The notes under the pieces: generated by a model
Told to the model about the DNA's origin: nothing
The model's input: only the letters and a program-made list of their open reading frames with translations
Databases searched by the model: none
Shown: piece after piece, positions 38,455-50,035 of the stretch
How positions within the stretch are numbered: the stretch's first letter is position 1
Layout: every line of letters starts with the position of its first letter
Source of the DNA: Myxococcales bacterium
GTDB lineage: Bacteria; Myxococcota_A; Polyangia; Polyangiales; DASUME01
Length of the DNA: 64,000 nucleotides
NCBI GenBank assembly: GCA_047601445.1
Contig: JASGJH010000001.1
Location: 5,600,001 to 5,664,000 of the forward strand
Direction of reading: 5' to 3'
Program-made: the position numbers and the translations under genes

Positions 38455-38616
38455 TCAGGCCGGCAGGCGCCGAAACTCGCGCGACATACGGAACGCGCGT
38501 TGATACGCAGCGGCCACCGTGATCGCGGTTAGCACCTGTGTCCCTGCCCGATGAAGCAGGCGCGAAGCCTTGGCTGCACTGCGCTCCAACCGGATTTGAA
38601 AGCCCCCGAACTCCAT
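38455..38616 (-). CDS. Putative small basic protein (53 aa)
   Basis: SD AAGGGGGG 5 nt before ATG; followed 30 nt later by a strong terminator; MEFGGFQIRLERSAAKASRLLHRAGTQVLTAITVAAAYQRAFRMSREFRRLPA. Confidence 0.5.
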   Translation of the reverse strand: MEFGGFQIRLERSAAKASRLLHRAGTQVLTAITVAAAYQRAFRMSREFRRLPA

Positions 38617-38924
38617 GTCGTCCCCCCTTGTGCGTGTGGTGCGAACTTTTGTTCGCTCCAACGCAAACGAGTCATGTTCCCCCGAACAGGTCGGTAAGTG
38701 TCATTGAGTCAGGGGTCGCGCAAGGCCGAATTCATCAATTTGTTTGTGTCGCGACTAAATTTCTCGCGTGTCGACGTGCGTACGAATGACCAGGAGCAAA
38801 GTTGAAGCGACCATCATGAGCTAGCCGTTTCCAATTCTTTTCGCCCCCGTTCCACCGCTGACACAGACGCACTTGAGTCGGATGCCGACGTCACCGAACG
38901 CCACGTGTGATCAACAGTGCTCCG

Positions 38925-39258
38925 CCGGCTACCCACGATGACTGTCACGGCGGCGGTCGCCGTGGCCGTGGCGGGTCGCGGTCGCGGTGGCCGGGGACTG
39001 TGGCTGTGGCCGCGGCCGGAGACTGTGGCTGTGGCCGATGACCGGTGCCGAGGCGGGGCAATGACGGGAGCAGACCCCGTGATGCTCACGGCGTTGCCGC
39101 GTCGCGTGGCTCATCTCGGTGCGCTCGATTCGAGTAGTGGGGCCCCAAGGGCTCGCGGCGCCAAGGCCGCTTGGGTTCCGGCAACGGCCGCAGCCACCGG
39201 CACGTCCCCGCCACACCGCGACCGCCACGGCCACCGCCTCGACAGCTACGGTGGCCGG
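38925..39258. repeat. Long imperfect inverted repeat (MITE-like) built from GTGGCC/GTCGCG hexamers
   Basis: Arm 38925-39020 aligns with the reverse complement of 39177-39258; 17-bp direct repeat GACTGTGGCTGTGGCCG at 38996 and 39021. Confidence 0.6.
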
Positions 39259-39259
39259 T

Positions 39260-39760
39260 TTATCCGACCCAGCTCTCCCACTTTTCGTGCACCTGCTTCA
39301 GTCCGATGCGTTCGCTCATGGATGGCAGGAAGCGGGGCTCGTGGGGGGTTCGGAGGAGCTGCATGCGCGCCTCCTCCGGGGTGCGGCTGCCCTTCTCGTG
39401 ATTGCAGGTACGGCACGCTGCGACCACGTTGGTCCAGCGTGTAGGTCCGCCCTTGGCGCGCGGCATGACGTGGTCGACGGTGAGCTCGCGGGCATGCGGC
39501 TTGAGCCCGCAGTACTGGCACATGAAGTTGTCGCGAAGCAGCACGTTGAAGCGCGAAAAACGTACGACCCTGGGCCTACGCCGGGTGCTGGTGAGGAGCC
39601 GAATCACGGCCGGCATGCGCATCGCCAGAGAGGGCGAGCGAATGACCTCGTCGTACTCCTCCAGCACCTCGACCTTGCCCCCGAAAACGAGGCAGATGGC
39701 GCGTTGCCAATTGACCACTCGGTGGGGCGAATAGCCCTGGTCGAGGACGAGGACGTGCAT
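39260..39760 (-). CDS. Stand-alone HNH endonuclease
   Basis: VLVLDQGYSP...WQRAI; RDNFMCQYCG, TVDHVMPRAKGG...WTNVVAACRTCNHEKG. Confidence 0.92.
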   Translation of the reverse strand: MHVLVLDQGYSPHRVVNWQRAICLVFGGKVEVLEEYDEVIRSPSLAMRMPAVIRLLTSTRRRPRVVRFSRFNVLLRDNFMCQYCGLKPHARELTVDHVMPRAKGGPTRWTNVVAACRTCNHEKGSRTPEEARMQLLRTPHEPRFLPSMSERIGLKQVHEKWESWVG

Positions 39761-39950
39761 GAACCTCAATCCCAACATAACGCGATTCGAGCCGTAAAAG
39801 AAGGCCCTGTGCGAGCCCGCACGCCGAGGCCTCACGCCTCCGCGGAGTAAGCGGACGTCATGGCCGTCTCTCTTTTCGGGGTGGCCAGGGCGGGGATGCT
39901 TCGCTGGCTGAGGCGGTTGTCCCCACAGCGGTGTTATGCTGCACGCCGCG

Positions 39951-41762
<1,812 letters not shown>

Positions 41763-41917
41763 GTCGTCCCATCGTGTGAAAAAGTTTCTCCCACCCCGCC
41801 AAAGGCGCAGGGTGAAGGCACTGAGAGTCGCGTGATGTTGCACCAAGGGCCCCATTCGGCATGAGCGCTGCGCCTTCGTCTGGCCCGTGCGCCACGAGTT
41901 CGTGCGGCTCGACGCCG

Positions 41918-42487
41918 ATGATGGCGCGTGGCCCGACTCCACGCCGGCGGCGGGCCCTCGTGCCCGTGGTCGCGCTGGGGCTGCTGAGTGGGAGCGGCTG
42001 CTTGGTCACCGACAGGGTCGAATTCCAGGAGCAGAACTACGCGCCTCGGATCGTCTCGCAGCCGTCGCCGTGGAGTCAGTGGCCAGCGGTGCCGCAGTGC
42101 GATCCGGACCCCGACTGGGACGCGGGTGAGCCGCACGGCAACTGGGTCCAGTTCAGCGTGGTGGTCTCCGATCCGAACGTCGACCAGGTGTTGAATCAAC
42201 GCATTCTGATCAACGGGGATGCGCGGCGGACCAACCTGCCGGTGAAAATCCCCACCACCGGCGAGCGTGAGCGCACTTCGCTCGATTACTGCCTGCCAGT
42301 GGAATACTTCGACCAGCCTTGTAACCACGTCGTGGTTCTGATCGCTGACGACTTCCCCCTCTCGGGCGACATCGGCCTGGAGCCTCAGGAGACCGAGACC
42401 TACGCGCGGGGTGACTGGTACATTCTTGGCCCGTCCGGGCAATCGCCAGCGTCCTGCGCCTTCTTCGACGCCGGGACGCTGCCATGA
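41918..42487 (+). CDS. Hypothetical lipoprotein (start uncertain, 41861 or 41918)
   Basis: Hydrophobic signal ending GSGC; ATGA overlap with next gene. Confidence 0.65.
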   Translation: MMARGPTPRRRRALVPVVALGLLSGSGCLVTDRVEFQEQNYAPRIVSQPSPWSQWPAVPQCDPDPDWDAGEPHGNWVQFSVVVSDPNVDQVLNQRILINGDARRTNLPVKIPTTGERERTSLDYCLPVEYFDQPCNHVVVLIADDFPLSGDIGLEPQETETYARGDWYILGPSGQSPASCAFFDAGTLP

Positions 42488-44326
42488 GGTCCCGGCTCGC
42501 TCCACTCGTGCTGGGGCTGGCAATGGCCTGCAAACCCGAGCCGGTCGAACCCGAGTTTCCCGCCAACCACTGCGTCGTGAACGCCGACTGTTGGGCTGGT
42601 ACCGAGTGTGTCTCCGAGCTCGGGGTATGCGCGATCATGGGCTTGGAGAGGCCCTACAGCGTGGTGCTGCAGGTCTCGCCGCAGGCCACGGGAGGGGCGG
42701 GCGGGGTGACCTTCCCGGCCGTCAGGCTCGATGAGATTCGACGCAACGCCTTCGACCTCCCCATGCCGCCGTTCGTGGAGGTTCAGGGCCTGCTCAGCTG
42801 TCAGGGCGTGCCCATGATCGCCGAGGTCGCGCTGTTCGCCCGCGCCCAGGCGCCCGGTTACCCCACCGCGAGCATCGCCACGCGTAGCTTCGGCATTCCC
42901 CCCGACGCCAAAACCAACCTGCGTTTCCGGGTGCAGCCCAACACCACCTTCGACGTGAACGTGCAGCCGCTGGGTGCGGAGTGTCCCCCTTTTCGCGGCG
43001 TGCTCACGGTCGGCACCGAGCCCGTCACCTTTCCCCCTGCGGATCAGCCTCCGCCCGCGCTTCAGACCATCACGCTGGCTCTGGCCGAAGACATCCCGGA
43101 GTCCGCCACCACGCCGAACGCCAGCACGGCGCAGGGCAATGGTGTCCAGCGCGTGCGGATGTCGAGTAAGCGCACAGGGAGCGTGGTCTCGGCCACCGTG
43201 AACGCCAACCCCAAGTCGTTCACGCTCAACGTGCTCGACAGTGAACTCAAGGAAGGCGCCCTGAAGGATGCGTACGTGCAGGTCGACCTGAACCCACAGC
43301 ATCCCTGGAGCGAAGTCATCGAGGTGCCGCTCGCAGCGCCCGACGGTCCTCAGGGAAAGCTGCAGGTCCAGAGCAAGCTGAGGGTTCCGGTGTTGCCCAA
43401 GCGGGTGCTCTTGGTGGGGCAGATGAAGCTGGCCGACAACACGCCAGTTCCGAACGGACGGCTCGTGTTCACGTCCAAGTTCCCGCTCTCCAGCACCGGC
43501 ACGAGCGGCGGCAGCAAAGACTGGTGCCAGCTGCGCAAGCTGGGCGGTGTCGCGAGTAGCGTGAGCTGCAGCGCACAGCGGTCGGTGAACACGGATGAGC
43601 TCGGCAATTTCCAGGTCGAGCTCTTGCCGGGGGACTACGAGAATCCTGCTGCAACCGAACTCCGAGGTCGGAGAATCCCGCGCCACCGACGTCGCCACCA
43701 GCATAGAGAAGCTGGCCGTTGAAGTGCAGAGCGGAGGGCGTGCGCAAGGCCAGGCCTGGGATCAGGGCCCGTGGGCGCCTCCGCTGCGGCCCGCCGCGCT
43801 CTACTCGGGCGAACTGCGGGATCAAGATGGCAACTTGCTGCCCAACGTCGTCGTGACATCGCGCGCGCTCGCGGTGCTAGCCGCTCCGGCGGACATCGCT
43901 GGCTACAATCGGACCACCGCCGTGATCACCAGCTCCGAAGGCAGGTTCGATCTCTCCCTGGACAATGGGTACTACGACGTGATCGCCGAGCCGCCGCCCG
44001 GGACCGGCTACGCGCGCATCTACTCGGCCAATCGTGAATTCAGGGCGGCGGTGGCTACCGCGCCTGGAGCTCCGCCGCCGCCTAAGCAACCCGATCTGCC
44101 CACCATTCGCCTGAGCCCACCGGTGGTCCTCCAGGGCTCGCTGACGTCGGCCTCAGGGAAGTTGTCAGAGCTCGAGGGTTACACCGTGCGGGCCTTCGGA
44201 CTCGTCGAAGACAAGCGCACGACGCCCAGCAAGTCGAGGCCAGTGCTGCTCGGCACCGCCGAGACCGATGCGGATGGCAACTACGTGCTGCTCCTGCCTC
44301 CGCACCTCGATCAAGCGCTGCAGTAG
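42484..44326 (+). pseudogene. Lipoprotein with carboxypeptidase-regulatory-like repeats, split by a +1 frameshift at ~43642
   Basis: ORF 42484..43722 reads ...GNFQVELLPGDYE, and the next frame (43595..44326) continues ILLQPNS...; removing one A in GAG-A-ATC joins them into ~613 aa. Confidence 0.75.
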
Positions 44327-44375
44327 CGCGCGGCTTGGCCGCGAAGGGCGAGCAGGTGGTGTGCCCCTCCTGCCG

Positions 44376-44864
44376 CTAGCTCGGATCTCTGTAGTTCACT
44401 GCGAGTACCTCGTAGGTGACCTCGCCCTTGGGTCGGAACACGCTCACGTTGGCGCCCACGACCTTGCCCATGAGCGCGCGCGCGACTGGCGATTCGATGC
44501 TGATGTAGCCGCGCTGGGCGTCGCTCTCGTCCGCGCCGACGATGCGGTAGCGCACCTGCTTGTCCTCTTCCTCGTCGTATAGATCGACCCAGGCTCCGAA
44601 GAAGATCTTCGTGGTGCCCTGGGGCGGGTACTCGGTGACCACCGTCAGCACGTCCACGCGCTTGGTGAGGAACTCGATCCGCTTGTCGATCTCGCGCAGC
44701 TTCTTCTTGCCGTAGATGTACTCCGCGTTTTCGGAGCGGTCGCCCTCGGCGGCCGCGTCGGCCACCCCCTTCACGACCTTGGGCCGCTCCACGCGAAACA
44801 GGTGGTCGAGCTCCTCCCGTAGCTTTCGGTAGCCTTCGTCGGTGATGTACTCGCGCTTTTCCAC
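44376..44864 (-). CDS. greB: Transcription elongation factor GreB
   Basis: YITDEGY...ERPKVV..V..AAAEGDRSENAEYIYGKKKLREID, IFFGAWV, ISIESPVARAL; alternative start 44900. Confidence 0.93.
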   Translation of the reverse strand: MEKREYITDEGYRKLREELDHLFRVERPKVVKGVADAAAEGDRSENAEYIYGKKKLREIDKRIEFLTKRVDVLTVVTEYPPQGTTKIFFGAWVDLYDEEEDKQVRYRIVGADESDAQRGYISIESPVARALMGKVVGANVSVFRPKGEVTYEVLAVNYRDPS

Positions 44865-44934
44865 GTCCCGCCCCGTCAACGCTTGAGTAGACACGGTCAT
44901 AGCCTCGATGCCGCTCCGTGCCAGGCTCGAGCCC

Positions 44935-45858
44935 ATGGACCTGACCAACAAGACCATCGCAGTCACCGGCGCGAGCGGCATGCTCGGTGCCTACCTGTGT
45001 CGCGCCCTGCTGAACGCAGGCGCACGCGTCGTGGGTGTCGTGGAATCCCCCCAGAAGGCCCGCTTCCTCGAGGCCGAGGGGGTGGAGTTCCGCAAGGCCG
45101 ACCTGACGGACCGAGCCGCGCTCACCGAAGCCTTCAAGGGCACGCACGCCGTGGTGTCGAACGCCGCGCTGTACGACGTGATGAACCACCGTTGGTCGGA
45201 CAACTACCGAGCCAACAAGGAGGGCACGGAGAACGTCTACGAGGCGGTGGCGGCGGCCGGCGTGAAGCGCGTGGTCCACATCAGCACCTTCGGGGTCTAC
45301 CGTTGGCGTCTCGGCGGGGCTCCCTTCGACGACGACTCGGCGGTGCTCGACGGCGCACGCAAGCAAGGTGGGGCCTACCGCGCCACCAAGCAGTTGAGCG
45401 AAGCGCTGGCCTTCGAGCTCTCCAAAAAGCACGGCATTGCGACCACGGCGGTAAGGCCCGCGGGCATTTACGGCGCGCGCGACAGCAACACGGTGCCCTA
45501 TCTACGTGTGTGGTTCGGCCTGCCCATCACCCTGGTGCCGACCTTCCGCTTCCCGTGGGTGTACGCGGGCGACGTCGCGAACGCGGTGGTCGGTGCGCTC
45601 AAGAACGACGACTCGAGCGGCAAGGCCTACATCACGGCCGGAGCCAACACCACGGTGTACGAGTTTGCACGGGCTTGGCGAGAAGCGGCCGGCTCGCGCA
45701 ACCTGATGATCCCCATCCCGGTCGGCTTCGGTGTGCAGGTCGACTGCAGCAAGGCGGAGCGCGAGATCGGCTTCAAGAACACGCCCTTCGTGCAGGGACT
45801 GCGAGAGACGTTCGAAGCCGACGCGCAACACAAGCGACTCACCGCGGGTGCGAGCTGA
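44935..45858 (+). CDS. NAD-dependent epimerase/dehydratase (extended SDR)
   Basis: VTGASGMLG, YRATK (YxxxK), RPAGIYG. Confidence 0.88.
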   Translation: MDLTNKTIAVTGASGMLGAYLCRALLNAGARVVGVVESPQKARFLEAEGVEFRKADLTDRAALTEAFKGTHAVVSNAALYDVMNHRWSDNYRANKEGTENVYEAVAAAGVKRVVHISTFGVYRWRLGGAPFDDDSAVLDGARKQGGAYRATKQLSEALAFELSKKHGIATTAVRPAGIYGARDSNTVPYLRVWFGLPITLVPTFRFPWVYAGDVANAVVGALKNDDSSGKAYITAGANTTVYEFARAWREAAGSRNLMIPIPVGFGVQVDCSKAEREIGFKNTPFVQGLRETFEADAQHKRLTAGAS

Positions 45859-46313
45859 CACACGCTTCGCGCGCCACGTGGATCTCCCCGATCTTCTGCG
45901 TGGGCAGGTGTAGGCGAATGGACCTTACGGTGGCACATCGACGCGCGGATCTCGCGTAGAACGCAGCGCGTGAGATCGCCGACGCGCGGCCGCCGAAGCG
46001 CACGAACGAGCGTGAGCAGACCCGTCTTCCTCCCTTGCCGGACTGCCGGATCGATTGACAGCACGGACGCGCTCCTGCGATACACGAACGCGGGAACACC
46101 ATCTCGGTCGTCTCGGCGCGTCGGCTTCGCCTCGCGATCAAGACGATGCTCTCTGTGGGATGTCGCGCGCCGCGCGTGCTTTCCGACCGGGGTCAGTCCA
46201 TGGGCGCTACGCAACCGAAACAAATACCGGAGCTCAGCGCCGGTACGACCGGCGAAGTAGATGTCGTCAGCAGGATTGTGGCGCGCGGTCGGAGCCCAGA
46301 TCAAGGTCGAACC

Positions 46314-47690
46314 ATGCAAGCCCGGCTAACGGCCGTACAACGGGCTCTCGTGTTGCTCCCGATCGCTTCGCTGGCGTTTGCGGTACTCGCACGACCCCAA
46401 TTCGAAAACCGCGCCTTCACCAAGTCCTTGGATGAAGTGACTGCATTCCAGGCCGGTTTCGATCGACCCGCAGTGGAGCAGCTGCTGCGCGACTACGCGC
46501 AGGGTCAGGGCATGTTGCCGCTCGACACGGTGAGCGCGAAGGCCGCCTTCGACGGCAAGAGCTTGGGGGTTGCAGCGGGCACCCAGCCGATTCGTCCGCT
46601 CACCGTCGTGAGCATCGCGACCCTGTCCGACGCTCAGCTGCACGGGCGACCCGAGAGCTCCTTGCGCATCGGAGTACCCGACGTGAGTGCACTCGGGGCC
46701 GCCCTGAGCTGGCGCCTTAACGAGCACAAGCCCGAGGCCGTGCCGAGCCTCAAGGCCGTCACCTTGAGCACCGCCGCCGTGAGCGAGAGCGATGTGGCGC
46801 TGGAGCTCGAGGTGGCTGCTCTTCAGAAGGAGCGCGCCGCCGCCGAGGCCGCGGTGGCCGCAGCCGCCCAGCGCCTGCAGGCCGAAACGGACTTGTTCGA
46901 CGCGCGACGCAAGCGCGGTCTGGCCTGGAAGATCATCGTGAAGTCCATCGAGGCCCGCGACGCGGCCAAGGTGGTGCTCGACGAGAAGACCGCTGCCCTG
47001 GCCGATGTGGCCGGTCGCTACGAGGCAGCCGTGAAGCGGGCGCTCGCGCCCCGCGAGAAGACGCCGCTCACCGAGGTACCCCAAGTGGCGCTGGCGCGCG
47101 TGGACCTCGAGGGCAGCGCAGGGTCCTTCGAGATCCCGGTGCGCCTCGAGATCCGGACCGTCCCGGTGCCTCCACTGCGTCAGGCCGACTTCGCCGAGAC
47201 CACGCAGGCGGGGTTGTGGGACAAGGTGAAAGGTCTCGACCCGCAGCAGGCCGTGTCGGCCGTGCGCGACGAGTTCAACTGGCACAACCGCTACGTGGAG
47301 GTGGCCGGTATTCGTCTCGGGGGCATGACGCTGCTGCAGATCCTGCCCTGCCTGTTGCCCGTGTTGATGCTGCTCTTGCGACGTCGCCTGCGGGCGGCGG
47401 CCGCCAGCTACAGCTTGTTCGGCACCCGTGTCTACGGCTCGATGCCCACGGTGGGTTTCAAGAGCCGCAGCTTGGAGGGCCTGGCGCTCATCCTGTTGCC
47501 GCTCGTGGCCTGCGCCAGCGCGGCCTTGGCCCTGGTGCTCATCGGTCAGCCGCCGGTGCTACCCGTCCTCTCGGCCCTGGTGAGCCTGATGTTGGGCACG
47601 GGGGCCTTCGTGAAGGTCGGCGAGCTTCAGGGTCTGGTGGCCTCGGTGGTGCAGTCGCACAGCTACCCGCCGCCGGATCCCCACAACTAG
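46314..47690 (+). CDS. Hypothetical membrane protein with a coiled-coil extracytoplasmic region
   Basis: N-terminal TM, Ala/Glu-rich heptad segment, about three C-terminal TMs; start uncertain. Confidence 0.65.
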   Translation: MQARLTAVQRALVLLPIASLAFAVLARPQFENRAFTKSLDEVTAFQAGFDRPAVEQLLRDYAQGQGMLPLDTVSAKAAFDGKSLGVAAGTQPIRPLTVVSIATLSDAQLHGRPESSLRIGVPDVSALGAALSWRLNEHKPEAVPSLKAVTLSTAAVSESDVALELEVAALQKERAAAEAAVAAAAQRLQAETDLFDARRKRGLAWKIIVKSIEARDAAKVVLDEKTAALADVAGRYEAAVKRALAPREKTPLTEVPQVALARVDLEGSAGSFEIPVRLEIRTVPVPPLRQADFAETTQAGLWDKVKGLDPQQAVSAVRDEFNWHNRYVEVAGIRLGGMTLLQILPCLLPVLMLLLRRRLRAAAASYSLFGTRVYGSMPTVGFKSRSLEGLALILLPLVACASAALALVLIGQPPVLPVLSALVSLMLGTGAFVKVGELQGLVASVVQSHSYPPPDPHN

Positions 47691-47696
47691 CAGCAG

Positions 47697-48440
47697 CTAG
47701 CGGCCGGAGAGGGCCCCCACGCGCTGGAAGACGGCCTCAGGCATGTTCCTCACGGCGAACATGATGAGCCGCCAATAGCCGGGCACGAAGGCCTCGAAGC
47801 GCCCCTGTTCCACGGCGGCCACGATCTCCCGAGCCACCGCGGGCGAGCGCGCGAAGAGGAGGTTCTTCTTGTGGGTCTCGGTCATCGGCGTGTCCACCGG
47901 CCCCAGCTTGATCAGATGGATGCCGACGCCCCGCTGGTAGAGGCGGCTGCGCAGGCCCTGCAGGTACACGTTGAGGGCCGCCTTGGCGGAGGCATAGGTG
48001 TAGTTGCGGGGCCGGCCGCGCTCGGCTGCCACGGACGACAGCACGGCGAGGTGACCTTGGCCCCGGGACTCGAGGTGGTTGGCGAGCGGGATCAAGAGCG
48101 CCATCACGCCGAGATAGTTGGTGCGCACGATCTGCTCGGCGACCTCCCGGGAGCGCTCGCTCTCCAGCTGGTCGCCGAGCAGCCCGTGGGCCACCAGCGC
48201 CAGGTCGACGCGCCCCGACAGGCCTTCGATGGCTCCCGTCACGCACGTGGCCGCGGACTCCGTGTGGTCGAAGTCCTGCACCGCGGACCCCGCCACGGCG
48301 GTGCCGAGCTCCGCGACGAGTTCGGCGAGCTTCTGGGGATTGCGTCCGACCAGGTAGAGGCGCGCGCCGCGCCCGGCGAGCAGGCGAGCCACGTCGGCCG
48401 CGATGGCAGAGGTGGCGCCGAAGATGGCTACGTGTTGCAT
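47697..48440 (-). CDS. Short-chain dehydrogenase (DprE2-like)
   Basis: IFGATSAIA, SSVAAERGRPRNYTYASAKA, IKLGPVDTPMT. Confidence 0.88.
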   Translation of the reverse strand: MQHVAIFGATSAIAADVARLLAGRGARLYLVGRNPQKLAELVAELGTAVAGSAVQDFDHTESAATCVTGAIEGLSGRVDLALVAHGLLGDQLESERSREVAEQIVRTNYLGVMALLIPLANHLESRGQGHLAVLSSVAAERGRPRNYTYASAKAALNVYLQGLRSRLYQRGVGIHLIKLGPVDTPMTETHKKNLLFARSPAVAREIVAAVEQGRFEAFVPGYWRLIMFAVRNMPEAVFQRVGALSGR

Positions 48441-48544
48441 GACCACCCCGATCTAGCAGACACACGCTATGGCGGGACGGACCGGACTGGCCGCGCGGCT
48501 GGGTGCGGCTGCTAGATTGTGAGCCCATGAGCCGATCCGAATCG

Positions 48545-49402
48545 ATGACGGCGTACCGGTTGTGGCTGGCGTTCACGCTCTGTCTGCTCGGTGTGGTCGC
48601 GGGGTGCACGGGGACCACGACACGGATCGCGGGCTGGTACGTCACACGACAGATCGATGGCTACGTCGACCTTACTGGCGAGCAGAAAGAGCTGGTCCGG
48701 GCGCGCGTGGACGTGCTGATCGAGGAGATCCGGCGCGACGAGCTGCCCAAGGCGCTCTACCTCATGCGGCTAGTCCGAGACGCCATTGCACAGAACCAGG
48801 TCCAAGACCGCATCGACGGCCTCCAGGAGCGTTCAGACGCCTTTCTGGAGCGCGCGGCGGGGCGCCTGATCCCGGAGCTCGGCTGGCTCTTGAGTCAGCT
48901 CGACGACGCTCAGATCACCTATTTCGAGGGCAAACTCAAAGAGAACGTCGACAAGATCTACGAGGACCAGCAGCTTCCCCAGGGCGAACGTCGCAAGAAG
49001 ATGGACGAGCAGCTGGTCGAAGGTCTGGAGAAGGCGGTGGGGGATCTGTCGGCCGCACAACAGCAGACTATCTTGCAGGCCGCCCACGCCCTGCCCGACG
49101 ACCGCGCCCAGCGCTACCGAAACGACCTCGCGCGCATCCAGAGCACCGGCAAGCTCCTGCGCGCCCACCCCGGTCAGGCCGCCGTCGAAGCGGAGCTTCG
49201 CCGGCTGTGGGCCACACGCTACGAGGTGACAGCGGGCCGCGACAAGCTGACCCGGCGCGCCGAGCAGAGGGAATTTTTGCTGAGCGTCGACCGCACGATG
49301 ACCGAGCAACAGCGCGCGCACGCGGTCGAGAGCTTGAACGAGCGGATCCGGAGTCTGGCCCGCTTCGAGTTGCACGCCGAAGCAACGAGCGCGCCCAACT
49401 GA
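48545..49402 (+). CDS. Helical lipoprotein (DUF6279-like)
   Basis: Lipobox VAGC; W..YVDLTGEQ...ELP, L.D.Q, LSAAQ, MTEQQR helical pattern; alternative start 48527. Confidence 0.7.
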   Translation: MTAYRLWLAFTLCLLGVVAGCTGTTTRIAGWYVTRQIDGYVDLTGEQKELVRARVDVLIEEIRRDELPKALYLMRLVRDAIAQNQVQDRIDGLQERSDAFLERAAGRLIPELGWLLSQLDDAQITYFEGKLKENVDKIYEDQQLPQGERRKKMDEQLVEGLEKAVGDLSAAQQQTILQAAHALPDDRAQRYRNDLARIQSTGKLLRAHPGQAAVEAELRRLWATRYEVTAGRDKLTRRAEQREFLLSVDRTMTEQQRAHAVESLNERIRSLARFELHAEATSAPN

Positions 49403-49614
49403 CCGCATCCGAGCCGGCGCGTTCGCGCAGCAGAGGGCTCGCTGGAGCGGCGCTCGCAGTGGAGAGCACGCATCACCCTCGCTGTGGCGAGGCGCTGGAG
49501 TCGCGCGTTGCGGGGACCTCTAGGCACGCCAGAACCTCGCCGGATTTACGCGTTGTTTCAAACTGTTACATGCAGCTATCAGAGCCCGCCGCGAGCCGCT
49601 GAGACGACCTGACG

Positions 49615-49821
49615 TCAATCGCCAGGAGCCTCTCCGCGCCGACCTCCACCCACGAACCACAACGTGACGTGGAAGCTGTCAGGCCCCTCGCTGTCCGATA
49701 CGTCCTCTGCCTCGCTGCGGACGACTTGCTGGTCGGGACGCAGGGCTTCGGCCGCGATCTCGATCGCTTCTTCGCGCGATCTCGCGCTGACCAACGCCTC
49801 GTACTTGTGCTCGTGGGGCAT
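49615..49821 (-). CDS. Small acidic hypothetical protein (68 aa)
   Basis: ATG-started ORF with genome-like codon usage; -10-like TATATC 7 nt upstream. Confidence 0.55.
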   Translation of the reverse strand: MPHEHKYEALVSARSREEAIEIAAEALRPDQQVVRSEAEDVSDSEGPDSFHVTLWFVGGGRRGEAPGD

Positions 49822-49839
49822 GCGAATCGATATAGCTTG

Positions 49840-49868
49840 TTGACAGCGCGCGCGAGCAGGTCGACATT
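49840..49868 (+). promoter_or_regulatory. Putative sigma-70 promoter for the histone-like gene
   Basis: TTGACA-N17-GACATT. Confidence 0.55.
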
Positions 49869-50035
49869 ACAACACGTTGATGATCTCCGCGTCGTACACG
49901 CTGATGTCGATTGTTGGTGGCGCGACCCCACACTTAGCGGGCATCATCTACCCAACTAGAAAGGCTCTACTCGAGCGCTGAGGGCTCACGCTCCGAAGCA
50001 CTCGAAGTGAAGGCATACGCCTGCCGGAGGAAAAC

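Noticed and set aside
39260..39760. HNH as IscB/Cas9-like or part of a defence island
   Set aside because: Only 166 aa, no RuvC or bridge helix, and no neighbouring methylase, cas or other defence genes.
41810..41845. Sigma-54 promoter before the lipoprotein pair
   Set aside because: GGCAC...TTGCA spacing does not fit GG-N10-GC.
45859..46313. Long intergenic gaps (also 54500-54940 and 56641-57038) as ncRNA or tRNA loci
   Set aside because: No cloverleaf, TTCGA T-loop context, or recognisable tmRNA/RNase P/SRP motifs seen by eye.
49553..49570. AT-rich imperfect palindrome TGTTTC-N5-GTTACA
   Set aside because: Lies between convergent gene ends, single occurrence, and no regulator can be assigned.
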